From NCBI GenBank assembly GCA_018649245.1, contig JABIIH010000253.1:1-39563 (forward strand): 39,563 nt of DNA, given 5' to 3'. The stretch comes from Rhodospirillaceae bacterium. Its GTDB lineage: Bacteria > Pseudomonadota > Alphaproteobacteria > Rhodospirillales > UBA2165. Shown one piece after another: positions 32,082 to 39,563 of the stretch. Positions within the stretch are counted from its first letter, which is position 1; every line of letters begins with the position of its first letter. The notes beneath the pieces are model-generated. The model worked only from the letters and a program-made list of their open reading frames with translations, was not told the origin of the DNA and made no database searches. The position numbers and the translations under genes were made by a program.

Positions 32082-32953
32082 TTAATCGATTTTCCCATCA
32101 GTCCTTGCGGCCTGAGCAACAATACCAAGATGAGCAGACCAAAGCTGAAGGCTGATTTCATCGATGGTTGAAAAACGATAGCTGCCAAGGCTTCGGACAT
32201 GCCGATCAGGATGCCACCCACCAAAGCCCCGGTCATGCTGCCAAGGCCGCCAATGATGACGATGACAAAAGCCAATAAGGTATAACCGGGGGCCAAATAG
32301 GGATGCACTTCTATCAACAACAGAAGAACGCATCCCGCGGCACCCAGACAGGCTGCGCCGATGCCAAAGGTCAGCGCGTATAGATGATCGACTTTCAGGC
32401 CCACCACCTGAGCACCCAAATAATTATCGGCGCAGGCGCGGATCGCTTTGCCGGTACGGGAATATTTGAAAAAGCCCAATAACAGACCCGATATAGCAAC
32501 CGCAGCAATCGCCGCATAAGCCCTAGACTTATCAATAATCAAATCTTCGCCGATATCGAAGGAATCAAAGGAGTAGGAAATATTGATGGCCTGGGGGTCA
32601 GGGCCGAATATCAACAACGACCCGTTAACGATCATCACGGCGATGGCCGCCAATAGCAAAAATTGCATATGGTCGGGCAAATGGGCAACCCGGCTGATCA
32701 CTGTACTTTGCAGGGCGTAACCGAAGACAAACAAAATTGCGGCGGCGAGAGGAATGCTGAGCAGGGGGTCGAGACCGAGCCAGCGAAACATGATCAGCGC
32801 AAAAAACATTCCCATCACCATAATCTCACCATGAGCGAAATTAACGATGCGAATAACGCCGAAAATAACCGAAAGGCCGAGTGCAGAGAGCCCGTAGACA
32901 AGTCCCGTCAGCAGGCCGGTTGCAAGCGCATTGGCCAGCGTCCAAAAGTCCAC
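32078..32953 (-). CDS. livH: HAAT-type ABC permease (LivH-like)
   Basis: GLSVIFGVIRIVNFAHGE, GKAIRA, IIGGLGS and RPQGLMG. Confidence 0.9.
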   Translation of the reverse strand: MDFWTLANALATGLLTGLVYGLSALGLSVIFGVIRIVNFAHGEIMVMGMFFALIMFRWLGLDPLLSIPLAAAILFVFGYALQSTVISRVAHLPDHMQFLLLAAIAVMIVNGSLLIFGPDPQAINISYSFDSFDIGEDLIIDKSRAYAAIAAVAISGLLLGFFKYSRTGKAIRACADNYLGAQVVGLKVDHLYALTFGIGAACLGAAGCVLLLLIEVHPYLAPGYTLLAFVIVIIGGLGSMTGALVGGILIGMSEALAAIVFQPSMKSAFSFGLLILVLLLRPQGLMGKSIK

Positions 32954-32989
32954 GGCTGCTCTCCTGTTCTTCTTATTTAAGTAACAATA

Positions 32990-34258
32990 CTAACCGCGTT
33001 TCTTCCAACCACGCATTGGCCAGATTGGTTTAGCCACCGCCGCGCTTTGCGGCAAGATAACCAAATTCTTGCCACCACGGTTCTGCACCGCAGAATTTTT
33101 CACATACTTATTTTGGCCATTTGGTTCGAAAGCAATGCGCTCCGCCGTCGTCACGTTATTGGTGATGTTGGTGGTTCTCAATGCGGCCTGCAGTGTTTTT
33201 GCATTGGTGGATCCCGCCCTCTTATAGGCATCCGCAGCGATCATGATGCCTTCGAAGGTATAGGTGTGATTCGGATTAACCTGGCGATCCGGGTGATGCT
33301 TGGCAAAATAGGCTTCCAAGGTCTTTGAAAGCGGTTTGTTGGAATCATGCCATGGCACCAGACTGACAACGTCGTCGCCGAATTTGCCGGTGGCTTTCAT
33401 ATATTCCTGATCGTACCAGCCCGGTCCGGTACTCATGATACCCATCGGCTCGAAGCGCTGCTTGACCATTTCTTTGGTCATCATAATTGCATCATTTAGG
33501 CGGCTAACCACCCAAAGGGCCTCGCCGCCACTGGCTTTTGCTTTTCTGACTTCAGCAGATAAATCACGGCCATACGGATCATAGGAAATCTTTTCGACGA
33601 TCTTGTAAGGCATTTTAAATTTCGGGGCCAATTTGAACAGCGCGCCGGCAAGACTAGAGCCGAAGGTGTCATTGACGTGCATCAGTGTAACTGTCTTGGG
33701 TGTATGACCTGTCATTTTAAAAAGAGCCTTCTGATTGATAAAGGCGTCTTTGACGATCATCGGACCATGGGGGAAGTTACGGAAAACCCACTGTAGGCCC
33801 ATGCCTGTTAGTTTCGGCACGGCGGCAATGTTGACGACCAAGGGAATATTTCTCTGTTCGCATACTTGGGCGGCTGCCATGGTCGCGCCAGAATCAAAAG
33901 CGCCGACAATAATTTGCGCTCCTTCATCAATTAGCTTGGCGGTTTGAGTGCGCGCGACATCGACTTTGGTTTCAAAATCGGCGAGCATGAACTTTAGTTC
34001 CGGATAGCCGAGATCTTTCAAAATAGGTAAAGCTGCATCAGCGCCACGCTGGCAATCAATACCGATTTGCGCTTGGCCACCCGAACGAGGCAACAACACA
34101 CCGACTTTTAGCGGATTGGCGGCGCGGGCATTTTTGATATACCACGGCCCGACCGATGCGGCTGCGCCAACAGCGGCAACACCTGCCGTAAACTGGCGGC
34201 GGCTAATGGATGATTTGACTATCTTGGTAGATTTAGTCTTTTTTGCTTTGTCTGTCAT
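32990..34258 (-). CDS. HAAT-type periplasmic binding protein with Tat-like signal
   Basis: SRRQF...ARAA signal, LKVGVLLPRSG and IVGAFDSG. ATG 34258 follows GAGGAGG. Confidence 0.88.
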   Translation of the reverse strand: MTDKAKKTKSTKIVKSSISRRQFTAGVAAVGAAASVGPWYIKNARAANPLKVGVLLPRSGGQAQIGIDCQRGADAALPILKDLGYPELKFMLADFETKVDVARTQTAKLIDEGAQIIVGAFDSGATMAAAQVCEQRNIPLVVNIAAVPKLTGMGLQWVFRNFPHGPMIVKDAFINQKALFKMTGHTPKTVTLMHVNDTFGSSLAGALFKLAPKFKMPYKIVEKISYDPYGRDLSAEVRKAKASGGEALWVVSRLNDAIMMTKEMVKQRFEPMGIMSTGPGWYDQEYMKATGKFGDDVVSLVPWHDSNKPLSKTLEAYFAKHHPDRQVNPNHTYTFEGIMIAADAYKRAGSTNAKTLQAALRTTNITNNVTTAERIAFEPNGQNKYVKNSAVQNRGGKNLVILPQSAAVAKPIWPMRGWKKRG

Positions 34259-34459
34259 AACGTCCTCCTCTGGATTTATATTGTTGCCAAAGATAGTAAG
34301 CATGTCTTTTTGAAAACGGAAGGGCTAAGTTTATTTTGCAAGTCGTTATCAAAAGCCAACTAACACTCATCTTCTATTAGTTTTCTTGCTGCCTTTGCTG
34401 GCTTTGATTATGGTCGGCAAAACGCCAATCGCCAAATACTATTCTGTTGGGAGCTACAA

Positions 34460-35110
34460 ATGATTACGCTTTATGACTATTTCCGCTCGAGCGCCGCCTA
34501 CCGGGTGCGCATTGCGCTAAATTTAAAAGCGCTCGATTGCGAGCATATATCAGTCAACTTAACCAAGGATGGCGGGCAACAGTTCAAATCAGATTATGCT
34601 GAACTTAATCCGCAGAATTTGGTGCCGACATTAATCGACGGTGATATCAAGATGTCCCAATCGATGGCGATTATGGAATATCTCGACGAAGTCTATCCGG
34701 AGCCGAGTTTGTTGCCGGGAGATGCAGTCGATAAGGCGTCTATTCGGGCACTGGCTAACATTATCGCCTGCGATATTCATCCGCTTAATAATTTGCGCAT
34801 ACGGCTCTATCTCGAGAAAGAACTGGATGTTGATGAAGAAAAACGAAGAGCTTGGATGGGCGGCTGGGTGCGCAAAGGATTTTATGCTTTCGAGAAACTT
34901 TACGAAGAAGGACCACGCGGCAAATTTAGTTATGGGGATCAGCCAACGATCGCTGACATATGTTTAATCCCGCAAATCGCCAACGCGCGGCGGCCTGACC
35001 ATGGCGTCGATATGGCCGAATTTCCAATACTGCTGAAAATTGAGGAAGCCTGCCAAGCTTTGCCCGCTTTCGAAAAAGCACTGCCGGAAAATCAAGCCGA
35101 CGCGGAATAG
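34460..35110 (+). CDS. maiA: Maleylacetoacetate/maleylpyruvate isomerase (zeta-class GST)
   Basis: LYDYFRSSAAYRVRIALNLK, NPQNLVP, QSMAIMEYL, CDIHPLNNLR and ADICLIPQ. Confidence 0.93.
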   Translation: MITLYDYFRSSAAYRVRIALNLKALDCEHISVNLTKDGGQQFKSDYAELNPQNLVPTLIDGDIKMSQSMAIMEYLDEVYPEPSLLPGDAVDKASIRALANIIACDIHPLNNLRIRLYLEKELDVDEEKRRAWMGGWVRKGFYAFEKLYEEGPRGKFSYGDQPTIADICLIPQIANARRPDHGVDMAEFPILLKIEEACQALPAFEKALPENQADAE

Positions 35111-35171
35111 TTAATTCACGACTGTCGTGAAATTCACACAAATTCATAACTTCGTTAATTCACGACTGTCG
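35110..35171. repeat. 18-bp perfect direct repeat with internal palindrome between convergent genes
   Basis: GTTAATTCACGACTGTCG at 35110-35127 and 35154-35171; TTCACGAC-T-GTCGTGAA dyad at 35115-35131; AATTCA occurs four times. Confidence 0.85.
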
Positions 35172-35180
35172 GTTAATTAT

Positions 35181-36086
35181 TTAAGCTGAACTGGCTTTGA
35201 CGTCGGTGAATTGACGCATGCGGTCACCCATCAGGTTCAGCGCCAAAATGGTCATGAACATGAAGAAGGACGGGACCATCGAGATGAAGGCATCCTCCTC
35301 CAATTCCTCAACGCCATCGGAAATCATTTGCCCCCAGGTCGGATCGGGAGGCGGCAGGCCAACGCCCAGGAACGACAATGTGCCCTCCAGCGCAATGGTG
35401 AAGGACATGATCAGCAAGCTATAAGCGGCGACCGGCACAATCACGTTGGGCAGTAATTCGCGCAGCAGAATGCGGAGATGCGATGCGCCTTGAGCGCGGG
35501 CAGCGACAACGAATTCCCGCTGGGCATAGAGCATGGTATTGGCGCGTGAGATGCGGGTAAATTGCGGAATGGTGTAAAAGGCAATGACCATCACGAGATT
35601 AAAAATATTAGCGCCGGCATAAAACAGAATAGCGATGGCGAGCACGATATTAGGGAAGGCCAGTATCGAATCAATAAATATGCTTACTGCCGAATCCACC
35701 CGTCCCCGGAAATAGCCGGCGCTCAAGCCGAGACACAAACCGATCGCCATGCCGATAAAGGGTGAGGTGAAGGCAATTTTAAAAGACGTCGCGGCGCCGA
35801 AAACAATTCGCGAAAACATATCGCGCCCAAGATGATCAGTCCCCAGCAGGTGATCCATCGACCACGGCGCGCTGAGCGCATTGTAATCCTGGCTTAAGGG
35901 ATCCGGAAAAGTGATAAAATTGGTCGAGATAGTTGCCACCAGCATGATCGAAATCCATGATGCTGCCAGCCAGAAAATCACGCCGAATTTGCGTTTCTTT
36001 TTGATGCGCTCGCTGGCCGTTGAACCTCGCCGACCCAAAAACCAGAACATGCGGAGATTGCCGAGTAATTGTGAAGTATCAGCCAT
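35181..36086 (-). CDS. dppC: Peptide/nickel-type ABC permease (DppC-like)
   Basis: HLLGTDHLGRD, EFVVAARAQGAS and LSFLGVGLPPPDPTWG. Confidence 0.9.
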   Translation of the reverse strand: MADTSQLLGNLRMFWFLGRRGSTASERIKKKRKFGVIFWLAASWISIMLVATISTNFITFPDPLSQDYNALSAPWSMDHLLGTDHLGRDMFSRIVFGAATSFKIAFTSPFIGMAIGLCLGLSAGYFRGRVDSAVSIFIDSILAFPNIVLAIAILFYAGANIFNLVMVIAFYTIPQFTRISRANTMLYAQREFVVAARAQGASHLRILLRELLPNVIVPVAAYSLLIMSFTIALEGTLSFLGVGLPPPDPTWGQMISDGVEELEEDAFISMVPSFFMFMTILALNLMGDRMRQFTDVKASSA

Positions 36087-36095
36087 GAACTTCTC

Positions 36096-37052
36096 CTAGG
36101 TCCGCCGCGCGACGCGGGGATCAAGCACCGCATACATCAGATCTACCGCCAAATTAACGCCGACATAAACCAAGGCAACGAAAGTAATCACACCCTGCAC
36201 CATAATCTCGTCGCGATTATCGACCGAGTTGATCAGTAACTGTCCAACCCCCGGTATGCTGAACAGCGTCTCGACAACGATTGAGCCGGTAATCAAATTA
36301 CCGAGTTGCAGACCCAACAATGTGACATAGGAAAATGACGAGGGTCGTAACGCATGATGGAACAATATATACGACGTCGTCATGCCTTTGGATTTGGCCA
36401 AGGCGATAAAATCTTCCTGCAGCGTGGTAATAATATCGGTCCGCAGCACGCGCATCAGCACCGGCACTTCAACCAGCGCAATGGTAAAAGCTGGCAAAAT
36501 GAATTTTTCGAGGTTGCGCCAGACGCCTTCACTCATCGCTGTGTGGCCGGAGGACGGCAGCCAGCCCAGTATTATGGCGAAAATCCAAATCAACATGGTG
36601 CCGGCGATAAAGACCGGGATCGCCAGCATACCAAAAGCCCCGGCCGAGACTGATCGATCAAAGGCCGAGTTCGCTCGATAACCGGATATGATGCCGAGCG
36701 GCACTGATATCAGCACCGCCAATATCTGCGCCATCAGCATAAGCTCAAGCGAGATCGGAATGCGCTGGCCCAGTGCTTCGGTCACCGGCTGTGCGGTCAC
36801 ATAAGAGCGTCCGAGATCGCCGGTCAGCATGTTGCCGAGCCAAATCGCATAGCGCACGATCACCGGCTTATCGAGATTAAGCTCTTTAGCGAGTGCTTGG
36901 CGGTCTTCTTCGGTTGGTGGTGCCGATTCTTCATCTAGCAAGATTGCGTCGACCAAATCACCTGGCAGTAAATTGAGCACCATGAAGCTGGCAAAGGTAA
37001 CCAGGAAAAAGACCGGAACCAGATGTAAAAGTTTTAATCTGAAATATTGCAT
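36096..37052 (-). CDS. dppB: Peptide/nickel-type ABC permease (DppB-like)
   Basis: LLPGD, GDLGRS, AKSKGM, VVETLFSIPGVG and DLMYAVLDPR. Confidence 0.9.
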   Translation of the reverse strand: MQYFRLKLLHLVPVFFLVTFASFMVLNLLPGDLVDAILLDEESAPPTEEDRQALAKELNLDKPVIVRYAIWLGNMLTGDLGRSYVTAQPVTEALGQRIPISLELMLMAQILAVLISVPLGIISGYRANSAFDRSVSAGAFGMLAIPVFIAGTMLIWIFAIILGWLPSSGHTAMSEGVWRNLEKFILPAFTIALVEVPVLMRVLRTDIITTLQEDFIALAKSKGMTTSYILFHHALRPSSFSYVTLLGLQLGNLITGSIVVETLFSIPGVGQLLINSVDNRDEIMVQGVITFVALVYVGVNLAVDLMYAVLDPRVARRT

Positions 37053-37057
37053 GCAGT

Positions 37058-38020
37058 TTACTCTCCCAACAAAGGAAAGTGGCAGGCGACTTGGTGCCCG
37101 GGGTCAATATCTCGAAAAGCCGGTTCTTCGGCCGTGCATTTTTCCTGCGCCTGAGGGCAACGGGTTCTAAAGCGGCAACCACTTGGTGGATTAAGCGGCG
37201 ACGGTATTTCGCCCGCCAGAGCCGGCCCGCTATCAATGGCCTTATCACCAATTTCCGGAATTGTCGCCATCAGGCCTGCAGTATAGGGATGCGCCGGCGC
37301 TTCATAAATACGCTCCGAATCAGCTAATTCACAAAATTTACCGAGATACATCACGGCGACCCGGTCACTAATATTTTTAACCACAGCGAGATCATGACTG
37401 ATGAACAGCAGGGTAAGGCCGTAGCGTTCTTTCATATCTTCGAGCAGATTTAGAATTTGTGCTTGCACAGAAACGTCCAGCGCTGAAACCGGCTCGTCAC
37501 AGACGATGAGTTTCGGTTCCATTATCAAGGCCCGGGCAATGCAGATACGCTGACACTGACCACCTGAAAACTGGTGGGGCCGTCGATCAAGCGTAATGTC
37601 CGGGTCCATGCCGACGGCATTGAGCACTTCGCGGACCTTGCGGTCTATATCAGCTGCGTCCTTATTGCCGGCGATAATCAGTGGTTCGGCGACGATATCC
37701 TTGACCCGGCGCCGCGGGTTTAGCGAGGAGACAGGATCTTGAAAAATGATCTGCAGACGCTGACGAATTTGCCGCATCTCATTGTGAGTTAATCCGGTAA
37801 GCTCCTGGCCTTCAAATTTAACGTGCCCAGCAGTCGGTGTCGGCAATTGAATAATCGCCCGCCCAGTCGTTGATTTGCCGCAACCAGACTCACCAACCAG
37901 ACCGAGGGTTTCGCCCTCGGCAATATCCAAGGTGACATCGGATATCGCGGCAAAGCGCTGGCCTTGCGTAACATATTCGACTGTGATGTCGTTAACTTCG
38001 AGAAGTGTACCATTGTTCAT
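37058..38020 (-). CDS. dppF: Peptide ABC ATPase (DppF-like)
   Basis: GESGCGKST, FSGGQCQR, DEPVSALDVSVQAQ and C-terminal GCRFRTRC...C...VACH. Confidence 0.92.
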   Translation of the reverse strand: MNNGTLLEVNDITVEYVTQGQRFAAISDVTLDIAEGETLGLVGESGCGKSTTGRAIIQLPTPTAGHVKFEGQELTGLTHNEMRQIRQRLQIIFQDPVSSLNPRRRVKDIVAEPLIIAGNKDAADIDRKVREVLNAVGMDPDITLDRRPHQFSGGQCQRICIARALIMEPKLIVCDEPVSALDVSVQAQILNLLEDMKERYGLTLLFISHDLAVVKNISDRVAVMYLGKFCELADSERIYEAPAHPYTAGLMATIPEIGDKAIDSGPALAGEIPSPLNPPSGCRFRTRCPQAQEKCTAEEPAFRDIDPGHQVACHFPLLGE

Positions 38021-39054
38021 TATTGAATTCCCCCGCTGGCCACTTCATTGGCTTTGCCGTTTGCTAACGGGTGCCAGCAGGCGAAGGTATGAGCTGGATT
38101 GTCTTCGGCTAAAAGCTCCGGCATATCGGATTTACACTTGTCTTGGACATACGGGCAGCGAGCATGAAAACGGCAGCCCGGCGGCACGTTCAGCAGATTT
38201 GGCGGTAACCCTGGAATGGCGTTTAGGCGCGTATGCGGCGGATCGGACAAAGCCGGCGCGGAGTTCATCAAGGCTTCGGTATAAGGCATGCGCGGGTGAG
38301 CTATCAGCTCATCGGTCCCACAGCGCTCGGCAATTCTACCGGCATACATCACCGCGACATCATCCGTATAGCCTGACACAATGCCTAGATTGTGGGTGAT
38401 CAGAATGACCGACATGTCCCGCTCTCTTTGCTGTTCACGCAAGAGATCAAGAATTTGTGCCTGGATGGTGACGTCGAGGGCAGTGGTCGGCTCATCAGCA
38501 ATCAGTAGTTTAGGTTCGCACGCCATGGCGATGGCGATGGCGACGCGTTGTCGCATGCCTCCCGATAAATGCATGGGAAAGCGGGTGAGTTGCTGTTCGG
38601 CATCAGGAATGCCAACCGAATCGATGAGTTCAGCCGCGCGCAGCTTGGCCGCCTGCTTGGTCATGCCGAGCCGCTTGGTCAAAACTTCAGTAATTTGCTT
38701 ACCAATTTTCTTAACCGGGTTGAGCGATGACATCGGGTCTTGAAAAACCATGGCAATCTCGCGGCCACGGATTTCGCGCATTTCTTTTTCAGGCAATTGA
38801 CGTAGATCGCGGCCCTCAAACAGAATTTCACCCTCATGAAGAACTGAACCGTCTTTCGCCAGGATATCGATGATGGTGCGTGACAGCACACTTTTGCCAG
38901 AACCGGATTCACCAACGATGCCAAGCGTGCGCCCGCGCTCTAAGGTAAAGGAGACGCCATCAACCGCATGGGCAATACCGCGTGGTGTATCAAAATGAGT
39001 AAAGAGGTTGTTGACCTCTAAGAGAGGCGGTTCAATCGATTGATTATCCGCCAT
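38020..39054 (-). CDS. dppD: Peptide ABC ATPase (DppD-like)
   Basis: [30 protein letters not shown] and GCRFHARC. Confidence 0.92.
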   Translation of the reverse strand: MADNQSIEPPLLEVNNLFTHFDTPRGIAHAVDGVSFTLERGRTLGIVGESGSGKSVLSRTIIDILAKDGSVLHEGEILFEGRDLRQLPEKEMREIRGREIAMVFQDPMSSLNPVKKIGKQITEVLTKRLGMTKQAAKLRAAELIDSVGIPDAEQQLTRFPMHLSGGMRQRVAIAIAMACEPKLLIADEPTTALDVTIQAQILDLLREQQRERDMSVILITHNLGIVSGYTDDVAVMYAGRIAERCGTDELIAHPRMPYTEALMNSAPALSDPPHTRLNAIPGLPPNLLNVPPGCRFHARCPYVQDKCKSDMPELLAEDNPAHTFACWHPLANGKANEVASGGIQ

Positions 39055-39469
39055 GAATCCCCACCAAATAAAGTTCGGCTGACAATAATGTTGTCGCGGT
39101 CATAAATTAATGTTCCCCCCAGCATTACGCCGGTTATAAATCTTATTAACTTGTACCACATTGTCAAAATTATTACCGGATTATTCATTACTTTGATGAG
39201 GAACTCAGCAAAGCCCTGTCAGCAGTTTTAGCAGCTATTTTTTTATCCGAATTTTTATCCCGCTTTAAACGAAATATATTTGGATATGTCAAGCGAGGGA
39301 GAACGATCACACGCAAAAGAGAAGACACAAGAAAACGTGTTGAAAATCAAAATAGATTTAATTGACTTTAACATTAAGATTGTTAGGGTATTTAACAAAT
39401 AAGAGAGGCATCGGCTAATATGGCCGGTAAAATTTACGCAAAAAAATAAGCAGTTTTGGGAGAAGACTA

Positions 39470-39563
39470 ATGAAATCCATATCATCAATATTAATAGTTT
39501 CGACTGCCATGCTTGGTACAGGCTTGGCCGTGAGTGCTAACTTTACTTTACCGGCGCAAGCCG
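39470..39563 (+). CDS. 5' fragment of an exported protein that runs off the window, possibly the cognate substrate-binding protein
   Basis: Not in the ORF track. RBS GGGAGA at 39458-39463, then ATG 39470 reading MKSISSILIVSTAMLGTGLAVSANFTLPAQA, a Sec signal peptide with an A-x-A site. Frame is open to the window end. Confidence 0.65.
   Translation, partial: MKSISSILIVSTAMLGTGLAVSANFTLPAQA

Noticed and set aside
35110-35171. Mini-CRISPR array
   Set aside because: Only two 18-bp copies, the 26-nt spacer is itself made of repeat fragments, and there are no cas genes or leader.
39421-39440. Sigma54 -24/-12 promoter before the terminal ORF
   Set aside because: Only GG-N10-GC matches. The TGGCAC and TTGC context is absent.

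Overview
Gene-dense, roughly 50% GC bacterial chromosomal segment. The gene repertoire (SahR-metF-metH, MlaA/MlaC, PcrA/UvrD-PrmA, DUF1800/DUF1501, liv and dpp ABC systems) looks alphaproteobacterial, possibly Rhodospirillales-like (inference). Order: mlaC-mlaA | sahR-metF-metH-purU-maoC | phd/vapC toxin-antitoxin | 553-aa orphan, ferredoxin-MBL hydrolase, nucleoside deoxyribosyltransferase | diguanylate cyclase | ClC channel | degenerate PDZ protease | DUF1800-DUF1501 | uvrD-prmA | FprA-type reductase, 2-hydroxyacid dehydrogenase, pcaF | phhB | VOC protein | deiodinase-like gene | liv-type ABC plus SDR | maiA | dpp-type ABC. The standout is that the two 'separate' ORFs 28142-28441 and 28463-28831 are one in-frame gene interrupted by a single TGA (28439-28441). 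That TGA sits exactly at the selenocysteine position of the iodothyronine-deiodinase active-site motif (FGSYT-U-PPY...YIREAHPDDGW) and is followed by a bacterial SECIS-like hairpin. This predicts a 229-aa soluble deiodinase-like selenoprotein located among aromatic-catabolism and uptake genes. I found no tRNA, rRNA, CRISPR array, transposase, integrase or Sec-machinery gene. All family calls come from motif recognition by eye, with no database searches.
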